From contig JAQSXR010000004.1 of assembly GCA_029256575.1 (NCBI GenBank), positions 2,514 through 66,513 of the forward strand: DNA of 64,000 nucleotides, read 5' to 3'. Below the pieces are notes generated by a model that had not been told where the DNA came from, ran no database searches, and was given only the letters and a program-made list of their open reading frames with translations. Numbering within the stretch: position 1 is the first letter of the stretch; every line of letters starts with the position of its first letter. Both the position numbers and the translations under genes were made by a program. The stretch is from Clostridiales bacterium (GTDB taxonomy: Bacteria; Bacillota; Clostridia; Lachnospirales; JAQSXR01). Shown here one piece after another: positions 19,283 through 29,320 of the stretch.

Positions 19283-20404
19283 CTACATTATATATCTTTC
19301 ATTTTTTTCGATAATTACGTTAATATTTCTGCCATTTTCGACATAAATACTCTTATCTCGCAAAGTATCTCTACTTTCAATAATACAATTTTCTATAATT
19401 ACGTCTTTCCCAACGTAAACATCATCTAATATTATCGAGTTTTTAATAACTGATCCTTCCCCTACAAATACAGTTTTAAATAAAATCGAATTCTCAACTG
19501 TTCCATTAATAATACTACCACTTGAAATAAGGCTATTCTTAACAGCTGAGCCTACGTTGTATTTTGCAGGAGGTAAATCATAGACTTTTGAATATATAAT
19601 TGGATCATCTTTAAAGAAATGATTCCTTATATCCTTGTTTAAAAAATCCATATTAGCTTCATAATATGCTTCTACAGAAGAAATATTTTTCCAGTAATCT
19701 TTCATGTCATAGGCATACATTCTCTTTTTCTTTAAATATCTCATTACTATACTTGTTGCTATATCTTGTCTTTTATCAGCTGAAAGTTCTTCTAACATAT
19801 CAATTAACTGTCTTCTTCTTATTACGTAAATACCTGTTGATACATATGTATTTTCTGTTTCTAGAGGTTTTTCTTCAAATTGAATTATCTTGTTATCAGA
19901 GTCAACTTCAACGACACCAAATCTGGTTGGATTATCGCTACTGCCGATATCTTTACATACAATAGTAATATCTGCCTTTTTACTTATATGATATTCAAGT
20001 AATTTATTATAATCCATTTTATACACTGAGTCCCCACTAGTAAGTATTACATACGGTTCATGACTCTTCTTGAGATACTCGATATTTTGATAAAGCATGT
20101 CTGCAGTTCCGCTATAGAAGTAGCTACTATCCCCCAAGGTAGCTGAGGAAAACACAAATAAGCCTCCTTGTTTACGTCCAAAATCCCACCATTTTGATGA
20201 ATTTACATGTTCAATTAATGATCTAGCATTATTTTGAGTAATAATTGCAACATTTTGAATATGCGAATTAGTCATATTACTTAATGCAAAATCTATTGCT
20301 CTGTACTTACCAGCTATTGGCATGGCAGCAACTGCTCTTTTGTTTGTAAGTCCCTGTAATTCATCATTACCTTTTCCTGCAAATATAACTCCCAATGCTC
20401 TCAT
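19283..20404 (-). CDS. glgD: Glucose-1-phosphate adenylyltransferase regulatory subunit GlgD
   Basis: 373 aa nucleotidyltransferase + LbH fold, paralogous to the upstream GlgC but lacking the GGxGxRL motif (has AGKGNDELQGL). Start overlaps the glgC stop. Confidence 0.85.
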   Translation of the reverse strand: MRALGVIFAGKGNDELQGLTNKRAVAAMPIAGKYRAIDFALSNMTNSHIQNVAIITQNNARSLIEHVNSSKWWDFGRKQGGLFVFSSATLGDSSYFYSGTADMLYQNIEYLKKSHEPYVILTSGDSVYKMDYNKLLEYHISKKADITIVCKDIGSSDNPTRFGVVEVDSDNKIIQFEEKPLETENTYVSTGIYVIRRRQLIDMLEELSADKRQDIATSIVMRYLKKKRMYAYDMKDYWKNISSVEAYYEANMDFLNKDIRNHFFKDDPIIYSKVYDLPPAKYNVGSAVKNSLISSGSIINGTVENSILFKTVFVGEGSVIKNSIILDDVYVGKDVIIENCIIESRDTLRDKSIYVENGRNINVIIEKNERYIM

Positions 20405-21678
20405 TATATTACACCATCCTTAACTAAATAACTACCAGGAGGAAGTATCCCACCTTCGTAATCTTCATAATCTGTAATACCTGAAATAGCAGAATTTTTA
20501 CCTATCTTTACTCCATCCGGAATAACGCTACTCTCACCAATAACAATTAGATCCGAATTGTATATTTCTGGGTCAACAATATTTTCTTTCCATTCCCCTG
20601 TCCCCATTTCAACGCCATTTCCTATTATTACTTCTTCTGCTAAAATTGAGTTTCTTATTACACAACCCTCGCCTACCTGACAATTATCCATAACAATTGA
20701 ATTCCAGATAATTGAATCCTTCCCTATATGTACACTATTTCCAATAACAGAGTTGTAGACTTTTCCATATACCTCAGCCGCCTCACTAATTATACAGGTT
20801 TTTACTTCTGCAGTTTCGGCTGTATATTGTGGCGGCAAAGATCCATTATTAGAATATATTTGCCAGAATTCTTCGTACAAATTAAAGTCTGGAACGATTT
20901 TTACCAATTCCATATTTGTTTCCCAATATGATTGTAATGTTCCTACATCTCTCCAAAACCCATCAAAATGATATGCGTAAATATTACATCCAATATGTTT
21001 ACAATATGGTATTATGTGCTTTCCAAAATCACTCTTCCTATGTAGCAAATCATTACTTGCTAATGCACTTTTTAATAGCTTCCAGTTAAAAATATAAATA
21101 CCCATTGATATTAAATTATTTTTAGGATTTTGTGGTTTTTCTTCAAAGTCAATAATTTTATTTTGTACATCTTCTATGATAACACCATATCGATGTGCTT
21201 CTTCAATCGGGATTTGAATGGCTGCAATTGTTAAATCTGCCTTTCTTTCCTTATGAAAGTTCAACATCATCTCATAATCCATTTTATATACATGGTCTGC
21301 CGAAAGTATAATTACATACTCTGGATTATAATAATCAATAAATTCTTTGTTTTGATAGATTGCATTTGCAGTCCCTGAATACCACTCTCCAACAGTTGCC
21401 TTTATATATGGAGGTAATATTGATACTCCACCATAATTCCTGTCTAAGTCCCAAGGAATCCCAATTCCTATATGCCTATTAAGTCTGAGTGGCTGGTATT
21501 GCGTTAGAACTCCTACTGTATCTATTCCTGAATTAATACAATTACTCAATGTAAAATCAATTATTTTATATTTTCCACCGAACGATACGGCCGGTTTTGC
21601 AAGTTTATTGGTGAGAACCCCAAGCCTACTACCCTGTCCTCCAGCTAATAGCATAGCAACTGTTTCTTTTCTTAACAT
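20404..21678 (-). CDS. glgC: Glucose-1-phosphate adenylyltransferase
   Basis: 424 aa. LAGGQGSRL, FGGKYKIIDF, WYSGTANA. Confidence 0.93.
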   Translation of the reverse strand: MLRKETVAMLLAGGQGSRLGVLTNKLAKPAVSFGGKYKIIDFTLSNCINSGIDTVGVLTQYQPLRLNRHIGIGIPWDLDRNYGGVSILPPYIKATVGEWYSGTANAIYQNKEFIDYYNPEYVIILSADHVYKMDYEMMLNFHKERKADLTIAAIQIPIEEAHRYGVIIEDVQNKIIDFEEKPQNPKNNLISMGIYIFNWKLLKSALASNDLLHRKSDFGKHIIPYCKHIGCNIYAYHFDGFWRDVGTLQSYWETNMELVKIVPDFNLYEEFWQIYSNNGSLPPQYTAETAEVKTCIISEAAEVYGKVYNSVIGNSVHIGKDSIIWNSIVMDNCQVGEGCVIRNSILAEEVIIGNGVEMGTGEWKENIVDPEIYNSDLIVIGESSVIPDGVKIGKNSAISGITDYEDYEGGILPPGSYLVKDGVI

Positions 21679-21892
21679 GGCTATTCCCCTTCCATTTGTA
21701 TATTATACTAATTATACATTTTTTCTTGTATATCTTCAAGTAACATCACTTATATAAACCCAATTTTTACTAAACATATATGTATATCTTTGGATTGTTA
21801 TTTATTTTAAAATATTTTACATTTTTTCTTTCATATTGTAGTATAAATGGTTATAATGAATAGAACGCAAACTATTAATAAGGAGAGTTACG

Positions 21893-23281
21893 ATGTACAA
21901 AATAGATTTTAAAAAACCTTTATCAGTATATTTCATTGGAATTGGTGGCATAAGCATGAGTGGCTTAGCACAAATACTTCATTTCGAAAATTTTACGGTT
22001 TCTGGTTCAGATGAAAAACATTCTCCAACAACTGAGATTTTAGAAACTCTTGGTATCAACATAAACTATTCACATCAAGGACAAAATATTACATCTAACA
22101 TTGATCTCGTTGTTTTTTCTGCTGCAGTAAAACCAACGAATCCTGAATATGCTACTGCTATCGAAAAACAAATCCCAATACTATCTAGGGCTCAATTACT
22201 TGGTCAAATTATGGATAATTATACTTATTCTTTTGCTGTTTCAGGAACTCACGGTAAAACAACTACAACTTCTATGGTATCAGAGCTATTAATTAATGCT
22301 CAACTCGATCCAACGATTACAGTAGGTGGGATGCTTGATTCAATAAACGGTAATATAAGAGTCGGTAAATCGGAGTATTTTGTAACGGAAGCCTGTGAGT
22401 ATTGCAATAGTTTTTTAAGCTTTAATGCAAAGGTTGCCATAATACTGAATATAGAAGAAGATCATCTTGATTTCTTTAAGGATATCGATGATATCAGAGC
22501 GTCATTTAAGAAATTTGCTTGTCAAGTTCCTGATAATGGTGCAATAATAATTAACTCTGACATTGACAATTACGAATATATTGTTGAAGATAGTAAAAGT
22601 AAAATTATAACATTTGGAACGCGAAAAGAAAGTACTTTCCGAGCGGATAATATTTCCTTTAATGACAAGGCTCAGGCTTCATACGATTTATTTATAAACA
22701 ATGAATTTGTTGATAAGATAGATTTATCTGCTAACGGACTTCATAATGTGTATAATTCCCTTGCTATGATTGCTGCTGGTTATTATTCAAATATCCCACT
22801 CGCAATAATTAAACAAAGCATTTTATCTTTTAAAAATGCACATAGGCGTTTTGAATATAAAGGAACTTTGCAAATTAAAGATGTATCGGTAATCGATGAT
22901 TATGCACACCATCCTACCGAAGTTAAGACTACATTAGAAACTGCTAAACTATGTACATCTAAACATATATGGTGTATATTTCAACCTCATACGTATACAA
23001 GAACCAGACTATTGCTAGATGATTTTGCAACCGCTTTATCTGTTGCTGATACCGTTATTTTATGTGATATATATGCCGCTAGAGAAAAGTTTACCGATGT
23101 TATTCATTCCAAAGACTTGCAAAATAAATTAGTTCAATCTGGTCATAACACATTATATTTTGATTCCTTTTCCAAGATTGAAGAGTATATTATAAATAAT
23201 ATTTTAGATGGCGACCTATTAATCACTATGGGTGCCGGAGATGTTTATAAAATAGGTGAAGATTTATTATCACTTCATTAA
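21893..23281 (+). CDS. murC: UDP-N-acetylmuramate--L-alanine ligase
   Basis: 462 aa. IGIGGISMSGLA, GTHGKTTTTSM. AAGGAG RBS. Confidence 0.93.
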   Translation: MYKIDFKKPLSVYFIGIGGISMSGLAQILHFENFTVSGSDEKHSPTTEILETLGININYSHQGQNITSNIDLVVFSAAVKPTNPEYATAIEKQIPILSRAQLLGQIMDNYTYSFAVSGTHGKTTTTSMVSELLINAQLDPTITVGGMLDSINGNIRVGKSEYFVTEACEYCNSFLSFNAKVAIILNIEEDHLDFFKDIDDIRASFKKFACQVPDNGAIIINSDIDNYEYIVEDSKSKIITFGTRKESTFRADNISFNDKAQASYDLFINNEFVDKIDLSANGLHNVYNSLAMIAAGYYSNIPLAIIKQSILSFKNAHRRFEYKGTLQIKDVSVIDDYAHHPTEVKTTLETAKLCTSKHIWCIFQPHTYTRTRLLLDDFATALSVADTVILCDIYAAREKFTDVIHSKDLQNKLVQSGHNTLYFDSFSKIEEYIINNILDGDLLITMGAGDVYKIGEDLLSLH

Positions 23282-23295
23282 TATTCAAGTGATAA

Positions 23296-23328
23296 AAGGC
23301 AGATTAGATATTTTTTCTAATCTGCCTT
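23296..23328 (+). terminator. Terminator after murC
   Basis: AAGGCAGATTAG-atatttttt-CTAATCTGCCTT. Confidence 0.7.
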
Positions 23329-23342
23329 GTCTTTATTAATAT

Positions 23343-23450
23343 GTATTGTTTCTATTAATAAGTATTGTCTCTATTAATAAGTATTGTCTCTTTTAATAAG
23401 TATTGTCTCTTTTAAAAGTTTTGTCTCTTTTAATAAGTCTTTCTCTATTT
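23343..23450. repeat. Tandem array, 5-6 copies of a ~19-bp unit GTATTGTCTCT(A/T)TTAATAA
   Basis: Read directly between the murC terminator and the stop codon of the LytTR gene. Confidence 0.9.
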
Positions 23451-24160
23451 TATATGAACTCTTTTGCTATAAATTTATTAAATTCTCGTATTACCCTTTG
23501 TTTTCTTCTAACACTCATAGGAATTCTTATCCCATTACAAGTTATTAGTTCATCACAATCTATTTCTTTAATATATGACATATTAACAATAAATCCTTGA
23601 TGTGTTCTTACAAACCCCCTTGAAAGAAGTTTAATTTCTTGATCTTTTATTTTCCCCTTAACCGAATATTTATCACCCATATATGTTACAAAGGTTACTT
23701 GTCTCATATAGCCTTCAATATAGACAATTTCATTTACTTCAAGAACTACAATTTCTTCCTTATCTTTCACGACAAATCGTACGTGATCATATTGATAACA
23801 TTCTAGTGCTCTCTGAAATTCCAAACAAAACTCATAATTATTTACAGGTTTTGTAAAATATTGAAATATTCCCAATCTAAATGCTTCCTGTATATATTTA
23901 TAATTTGAACAAATAAATATAATACTAACATATTTATCTATACTTCTTATAAGTTTCACAATCTCTAGTTCGTTTACCTCATTCATTATTATTTCAATAA
24001 TTATAATGTTATATTTCTTCCCACTAATGTATTCGTGAGCTAACTGCTCAGCTTGTTGGAAGGAAAACGTTATCTCTTTATCCTTATCCTTATACATTTC
24101 CATGCAATTTTGTATATGATCGTCCTTTTGTTCAGTCTTCCTGCATATGGCTACTCTCAT
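23450..24160 (-). CDS. LytTR-family DNA-binding regulator with degenerate (pseudo-)receiver domain
   Basis: C-terminal LytTR domain (IVYIEGYMRQV...FVRTHQGFIVNMSYI). N-terminal receiver-like fold reads ICRKT in place of the IC(E/D)DD acidic pocket, and IIIEIIM in place of the LDI phospho-Asp site. GGAGGG RBS precedes the ATG at 24160. Confidence 0.8.
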   Translation of the reverse strand: MRVAICRKTEQKDDHIQNCMEMYKDKDKEITFSFQQAEQLAHEYISGKKYNIIIIEIIMNEVNELEIVKLIRSIDKYVSIIFICSNYKYIQEAFRLGIFQYFTKPVNNYEFCLEFQRALECYQYDHVRFVVKDKEEIVVLEVNEIVYIEGYMRQVTFVTYMGDKYSVKGKIKDQEIKLLSRGFVRTHQGFIVNMSYIKEIDCDELITCNGIRIPMSVRRKQRVIREFNKFIAKEFI

Positions 24161-24305
24161 GTATACCCTCCGTAATGCCAATTCCCCACAATAAACAATT
24201 ATACCTTTTTAGTAATCATTCTTCAACATACATTTTTAATATTTATATTTATTACTTAAATTTTCCATTTTAGTGAAAATTAACAATGTTCAAAACTTAT
24301 ACACA

Positions 24306-24501
24306 TTATCCACATAGTTATCCTCAATTTGCACCCATATAATTTGTGGAAAACCAATATGATAACTTGTACTATTTTTTAGCTGTCTCAGAATTATTAT
24401 TAAAACTATCAACATTTCCACAATTATATAAAAATTTTTTAAGCACATTATGTTGAAAACTTACTGTAAGTAATTGAGAATTTTTTAGTACTATTTCCAC
24501 A
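24306..24501. promoter_or_regulatory. Cluster of DnaA-box-like 9-mers upstream of dnaD-like/dnaI-like genes
   Basis: TTATCCACA (24306-24314, perfect consensus), TTATCCTCA (24318-24326), TGTGGAAAA = reverse complement of TTTTCCACA (24345-24353), ATTTCCACA (24414-24422 and 24493-24501). Confidence 0.55.
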
Positions 24502-24571
24502 TTTAATTTTTCTGGTCATCATGTTATAATAGTATAAGTTAAAAATTGTCGTACTACATTAAGGGGATACC

Positions 24572-25633
24572 ATGGGAACAGTTCAATTAAGCAATAATAC
24601 TAGCACAACTACAATTTCAAATATTTTTATAGATTCGATTATGCCCACTGCGAATGGTGAGTTTGTTAAAGTTTATCTTTATTTACTTAAAGCTTCTCAA
24701 ACATCATCAGAGTTTACTGTATCAGCAACTGCTGATAAATTCAGTATGACTGAGGGTGATATTATTCGTGCACTAAACTTCTGGCAAGACAAGAAAATGT
24801 TAACTCTTACATTCTCCTCTACGAAAGAATTAAGCTCAATAATTATTATTGACCCTAAGATAGAAACAGAACCCAAATTACCATTAGTTGATACAACTAT
24901 AAAAATAGATTCCCTTAATCTCACTCCAAAAACCTTTGTTAAAACAAAATATTCTCTAAATCAGTTAGAATCATTAGCAAGTACTGATGAAATAAGGGAA
25001 CTTTTATATATGGTTGAAATGGGAATTGGAAAACCATTAAGTCCAAAAGATATGGAAGAAATAGTTTTTATATATGATGGCCTCAAGTTACCATTTGACG
25101 TAATTGAATATTTAATAGAATATTGTGTTTCTAATAATCATAGAAAATTAAGTTACATATCCACTACAGCCTTGAATTGGGCCGAAGACGGAATTGATAC
25201 AGTTGAAAAAGCCAAACATAATGCTAGTATATTTAACAAAAATTATTTTGCTGTCATGAAAGCTTTTGGTATTATTAATCGAAATCCTTCTGATTATGAA
25301 TTAACATTTCTTAAAAAATGGTTTAAACAATATAATTTTGAGATTGACATCGTACTTGAGGCTTGTACCAGAACTATTAAACTAACACACCAACCTAGTT
25401 TTGATTATTCTGATTCTATATTAACTGCATGGTATAATAAATCCGTTAAGACACTATCAGATATCAATATTCTAGACCAAGACTATAATAAAAACAAAAC
25501 TACTACAGTAGAATCTAATAGCATTAAAGGTAAAGCTAAATCCACTAATAAATTTAATAATTTTCAACAAAGAGAATATGATTATGATGCTCTTGAGAAG
25601 AAGTTGGCTCAGAAACAAATGCAAATTAACTAA
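24572..25633 (+). CDS. DnaD/DnaB-domain replication initiation protein
   Basis: 353 aa. The region ...GIGKPLSP.D.E.I......L....DVIEYLIEYCVSNNHRKLSYI...A..WA..GI.T...A is DnaD-domain-like. Stop overlaps the start of the loader gene. Confidence 0.7.
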   Translation: MGTVQLSNNTSTTTISNIFIDSIMPTANGEFVKVYLYLLKASQTSSEFTVSATADKFSMTEGDIIRALNFWQDKKMLTLTFSSTKELSSIIIIDPKIETEPKLPLVDTTIKIDSLNLTPKTFVKTKYSLNQLESLASTDEIRELLYMVEMGIGKPLSPKDMEEIVFIYDGLKLPFDVIEYLIEYCVSNNHRKLSYISTTALNWAEDGIDTVEKAKHNASIFNKNYFAVMKAFGIINRNPSDYELTFLKKWFKQYNFEIDIVLEACTRTIKLTHQPSFDYSDSILTAWYNKSVKTLSDINILDQDYNKNKTTTVESNSIKGKAKSTNKFNNFQQREYDYDALEKKLAQKQMQIN

Positions 25634-26622
25634 TGAAAGTAGGTATGACTTTGGGTTTATCAAATATTGAATATTCAAAAATAATGCGTGAATATGAAAA
25701 ACGTCAAGTAAATAGAAAATTTATTCTTGACAATAGAAAACGTGAGGTTCTACTTAAAATACCAAAATTTAAAGAACTTGAAGATGAACTTATTTCTGAA
25801 GCAATAAAGACTGCGAAATCTGCTATTAATTCACCTTCAAAAGATAAATCTCAAGATATTAGCGAATCTGTTTTATTAATCGAAGATAAAAAAAGATCTC
25901 TTCTAGTGGCCAATGGTTTTCCTGAGGACTACTTAGTTGAGAAATTCATCTGTCCTCATTGTAAAGATACAGGATATATTCGCAATAAAAAGTGCACTTG
26001 TTTTAAACAGGCAATCGTTGATATGCTTTATCAACAATCGAATCTAAAGCATACTCTTCATAAAGAAAATTTTTCTACCTTTAACTTTGATTTATATTCC
26101 AAACAAGAAAATAATGGTCAGCCTTCTCCACGTGCAAATATGGAAGCTCTCGTTAACTTATCGAAAGATTTTATTAATAATTTCTCTAGTAATTTTCAAA
26201 ATTTATTATTTTATGGTAATCCAGGCGTTGGAAAAACATTTTTATCAAATTGTATCGCAAAGGAATTGCTTGATCGAGGTAATACAGTCATTTATTTAAC
26301 TGCATATCAACTATTCGAAAGTCTTGCTGACATTACCTTTAATCGCAATTATGATACCTCTGATAATAATTTATATGAATATATTCTCAATTGTGATTTA
26401 TTAATTATAGATGACTTAGGGACAGAACTTACTAATAGCTTTACTACTTCGCAATTTTTCTTATGTATAAATGAACGTATACTTAAGAAAAAAGCTACTA
26501 TTATATCTACTAACTTAGCAATAAAGCAATTAGCTTCTGATTATTCTGAACGTTCATTTTCAAGATTATATGGTAACTATCAGTTTTTAAGAGTTTATGG
26601 GGATGATATTCGATTACAATAA
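25633..26622 (+). CDS. Helicase loader ATPase, DnaI/DnaC (IstB-like AAA+) family
   Basis: 329 aa. Zn-ribbon-like CPHCKDTGY..KCTC, Walker A GNPGVGKT, Walker B LLIIDDLG. Confidence 0.8.
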   Translation: MKVGMTLGLSNIEYSKIMREYEKRQVNRKFILDNRKREVLLKIPKFKELEDELISEAIKTAKSAINSPSKDKSQDISESVLLIEDKKRSLLVANGFPEDYLVEKFICPHCKDTGYIRNKKCTCFKQAIVDMLYQQSNLKHTLHKENFSTFNFDLYSKQENNGQPSPRANMEALVNLSKDFINNFSSNFQNLLFYGNPGVGKTFLSNCIAKELLDRGNTVIYLTAYQLFESLADITFNRNYDTSDNNLYEYILNCDLLIIDDLGTELTNSFTTSQFFLCINERILKKKATIISTNLAIKQLASDYSERSFSRLYGNYQFLRVYGDDIRLQ

Positions 26623-26641
26623 TTATTTAGAATTATTTCTA

Positions 26642-26670
26642 TTTACATATGAATATAAATGTAATATACT
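26642..26670 (+). promoter_or_regulatory. Sigma-A-type promoter for tRNA-Arg
   Basis: TTTACA-17 nt-TATACT, with the -10 ending 15 nt before the tRNA 5' end. Confidence 0.55.
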
Positions 26671-26685
26671 AGTGTGTGGAAACAT

Positions 26686-26759
26686 GCACGCTTAGCTCAA
26701 CTGGATAGAGCATCTGACTTCGGATCAGAGGGTTGTGGGTTCAAGTCCTGTAGCGTGCA
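26686..26759 (+). tRNA. tRNA-Arg (anticodon TCG)
   Basis: GCACGCT-TA-GCTC-AACTGGATA-GAGC-A-TCTGA-CTTCGGA-TCAGA-GGGTT-GTGGG-TTCAAGT-CCTGT-AGCGTGC-A. The T-stem relies on G-U pairs. Confidence 0.85.
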
Positions 26760-26773
26760 TTTACAAAAGATAA

Positions 26774-26810
26774 AAAGCCTTGCAAATTAATAATTTGTTA
26801 GGCTTTAATT
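26774..26810 (+). terminator. Terminator after tRNA-Arg
   Basis: AAGCCTTGCAAATTA...TAATTTGTTAGGCTT followed by a T-rich run. Confidence 0.65.
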
Positions 26811-26851
26811 TTTAATTGATACTACCTTTTGTTCCCCTAGGAGGAAAATCC

Positions 26852-27262
26852 ATGAGCAAGAAAATTATTTTCAATATTATTATTTACTGTTTTTTAGCAA
26901 TCTCATTAACTAGTTGTTCAAAATCGAACAAACTTCCTGAAGATAAATTAACTTCAACTACATCTGAAGATAATGCAAATGAAGATAATACATATGAAAA
27001 TGATATTGTAAATACCGATATATATGATTGGGGCATATTACTTCCTGAAGAAAGATACATGAAACTTGATACTATGTTTTCTTTATTATCTAATACAGGT
27101 GTTGATACTAGCTTATTTCCTTCATATGATGATGCATTGTTAATGATTGAAGAGCAGCTTGAATTAGATATAAAGCAAACTAATATTTTTGACTGTCTTT
27201 GTCTGGGCATTGGTGTTGACCCAACCCCTTATCACCCAGTTATTGACAAAGTTAATAATTAA
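26852..27262 (+). CDS. Small hypothetical lipoprotein
   Basis: AGGAGG RBS. Signal peptide with lipobox LTSC. No recognisable domain. Confidence 0.55.
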   Translation: MSKKIIFNIIIYCFLAISLTSCSKSNKLPEDKLTSTTSEDNANEDNTYENDIVNTDIYDWGILLPEERYMKLDTMFSLLSNTGVDTSLFPSYDDALLMIEEQLELDIKQTNIFDCLCLGIGVDPTPYHPVIDKVNN

Positions 27263-27366
27263 CAAGTTGCAATTTATGTATTAAAAGTATAAAATAAACT
27301 CAAACTCTTATATAAAATATTTGAGTATGAGTTTTTTTATATTTCTTATGCTACGTGGAGGTTCTT

Positions 27367-29280
27367 ATGAAAAATGGTTTTATAAAAGTATCTGCAGCAA
27401 CACCAGAAATTCGTGTTGCAGATTGTGATTATAATGCAAATCAAATTACTATATTAATGAAAGAAGCAAATAACATCGGGGCAAAATTATTAGTTTTACC
27501 TGAACTTTGTATTTCGGGCTATACTTGTGGTGATTTATTCTTGCAAAGCACGTTACTGAACGGAGCTCTAAATGCACTAAATTCAATCGTAGGAGAAAGC
27601 AGTTTATATGACCTTGTTACTATTATTGGAATTCCTTTAGTGAAAGGATCCAAACTATATAATTGTGCTGTTGTTGTAAAAGATGGTGATATTCTAGGTG
27701 TTATTCCAAAAACACACATTCCAAACTATGGTGAATTTTATGAAAACCGACATTTTACACCAGCACCACTAACTAATTCTTCCATTTTAATAAATGGTAA
27801 AGAGTATCCTTTTGGTACAAAATTATTATTTGAATGTACAAATATGAGCACCTTCTGTATTGGTGTTGAAATATGCGAAGACATTTGGGTTCCTAATCCT
27901 CCATCAACTTTGCATGCATTGGCTGGGGCAACTGTAATTGTTAATTTATCGGCTAGTAATGAAGCTGTTGGTAAAGATACCTATCGCCGAGAATTAGTTA
28001 AGTCTCAGTCTGCAAGTCTAATTTGCAGTTATATATATTCTTCTGCTGGCGAAGGCGAATCTACAACTGATTTAGTATTTTCAGGGCATAACCTTATTTC
28101 TGAATACGGATCAATTCTTGCAGAAAGTAAACTATTCGAAAATTCATTAATTTTTAGTGAGATTGATATCGAGAAGTTAAATTTTGAGAGACGCAGACAT
28201 ACTACCTTTATGCAAAGTGAGGATAATAAATATGAAAAAATATATTTTACCTCAGATATTGCTCCTACTGCTCTCACAAGGTCAATTCCTATGCATCCTT
28301 TTATTCCAACCGATATCAATCAGGTAAATGAAAGATCTGAAATAATTCTTTCCATTCAATCCTATGGATTAAAGAAAAGAATATCCCATGCTTGTGCTAA
28401 TACAGCTGTAATTGGTATTTCAGGCGGATTAGATTCTTGCCTTGCATTATTAGTTACTGTTCGTACAATGGACTTACTAAAAAGGCCCCACAGTGATATC
28501 ATAGCAGTTACAATGCCTGGATTTGGAACTACTAGTCGAACAAAGGGTAATGCTGAAAAAATGTGTGAAGCGCTAGGCGTTACTCTTAAATGCATCGATA
28601 TATCCGAATCCGTTATCACTCACTTTACTGACATTGATCACGATTTAAATAATCATAATGTTGTTTATGAAAATGCACAAGCAAGGGAACGTACTCAAAT
28701 CCTTATGGATATAGCAAATCAAACAAACGGTTTAGTAATTGGTACTGGAGATTTATCCGAGTTAGCATTGGGTTGGGCAACCTATAATGGTGATCATATG
28801 TCAATGTATGGTGTAAATTCTTCAATCCCTAAAACTTTAATTCGCCATATTGTTAACTATTGTGCTTCTATTTCTACTGATAACAAATTAAAAAAGGTGT
28901 TACTTGATATTCTAGATACACCTGTAAGCCCTGAATTACTCCCTACGACAAACGGTGAAATGTCACAGATTACAGAAGATCTTGTAGGCCCTTACGAACT
29001 GCATGACTTCTTCTTATATTATGGTATTCGATGGTGTTTTTCTCCGGCGAAAGTTTTTTATCTAGCTTGCTACTCTTTTCATACTGTGTATGATAAAGAA
29101 GTGATTTTAAAGTGGCTAAAAGTTTTCTATAGACGCTTTTTCTCTCAACAATTTAAACGTTCTTGTTTACCTGACGGCCCTAAGGTTGGTTCTTCAACAT
29201 TATCACCACGCGGTGATTGGAGAATGCCAAGTGATGCAAGTGCAGCCCTTTGGTTAGCAGAACTCGATACTTTAAAATAA
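27367..29280 (+). CDS. nadE: Glutamine-dependent NAD+ synthetase (CN-hydrolase + NAD synthase domains)
   Basis: About 637 aa. N-terminal nitrilase-like domain (ELCISGY, EICED) and C-terminal PP-loop GISGGLDS. Confidence 0.93.
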   Translation: MKNGFIKVSAATPEIRVADCDYNANQITILMKEANNIGAKLLVLPELCISGYTCGDLFLQSTLLNGALNALNSIVGESSLYDLVTIIGIPLVKGSKLYNCAVVVKDGDILGVIPKTHIPNYGEFYENRHFTPAPLTNSSILINGKEYPFGTKLLFECTNMSTFCIGVEICEDIWVPNPPSTLHALAGATVIVNLSASNEAVGKDTYRRELVKSQSASLICSYIYSSAGEGESTTDLVFSGHNLISEYGSILAESKLFENSLIFSEIDIEKLNFERRRHTTFMQSEDNKYEKIYFTSDIAPTALTRSIPMHPFIPTDINQVNERSEIILSIQSYGLKKRISHACANTAVIGISGGLDSCLALLVTVRTMDLLKRPHSDIIAVTMPGFGTTSRTKGNAEKMCEALGVTLKCIDISESVITHFTDIDHDLNNHNVVYENAQARERTQILMDIANQTNGLVIGTGDLSELALGWATYNGDHMSMYGVNSSIPKTLIRHIVNYCASISTDNKLKKVLLDILDTPVSPELLPTTNGEMSQITEDLVGPYELHDFFLYYGIRWCFSPAKVFYLACYSFHTVYDKEVILKWLKVFYRRFFSQQFKRSCLPDGPKVGSSTLSPRGDWRMPSDASAALWLAELDTLK

Positions 29281-29290
29281 GCAATATTAC

Positions 29291-29320
29291 GGGGACGGTC
29301 CTTTCATAAGGTCCGTCCCC
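29291..29320. terminator. Stem-loop between convergent nadE and the ABC exporter
   Basis: GGGGACGGTCC-tttcataa-GGTCCGTCCCC (one mismatch). Confidence 0.6.

Noticed and set aside
24572-26759. The DnaD-like + DnaC/IstB-like gene pair next to tRNA-Arg, considered as a prophage/ICE replication module or IS21-like element
   Set aside because: There is no integrase, transposase, att-like repeat or phage gene nearby. The pair is preceded by DnaA boxes and flanked by core genes (murC, nadE). The loader has a DnaI-style Zn-ribbon N-terminus. I interpret these as the chromosomal initiation/loader genes, although this cannot be proven without comparison to other genomes.
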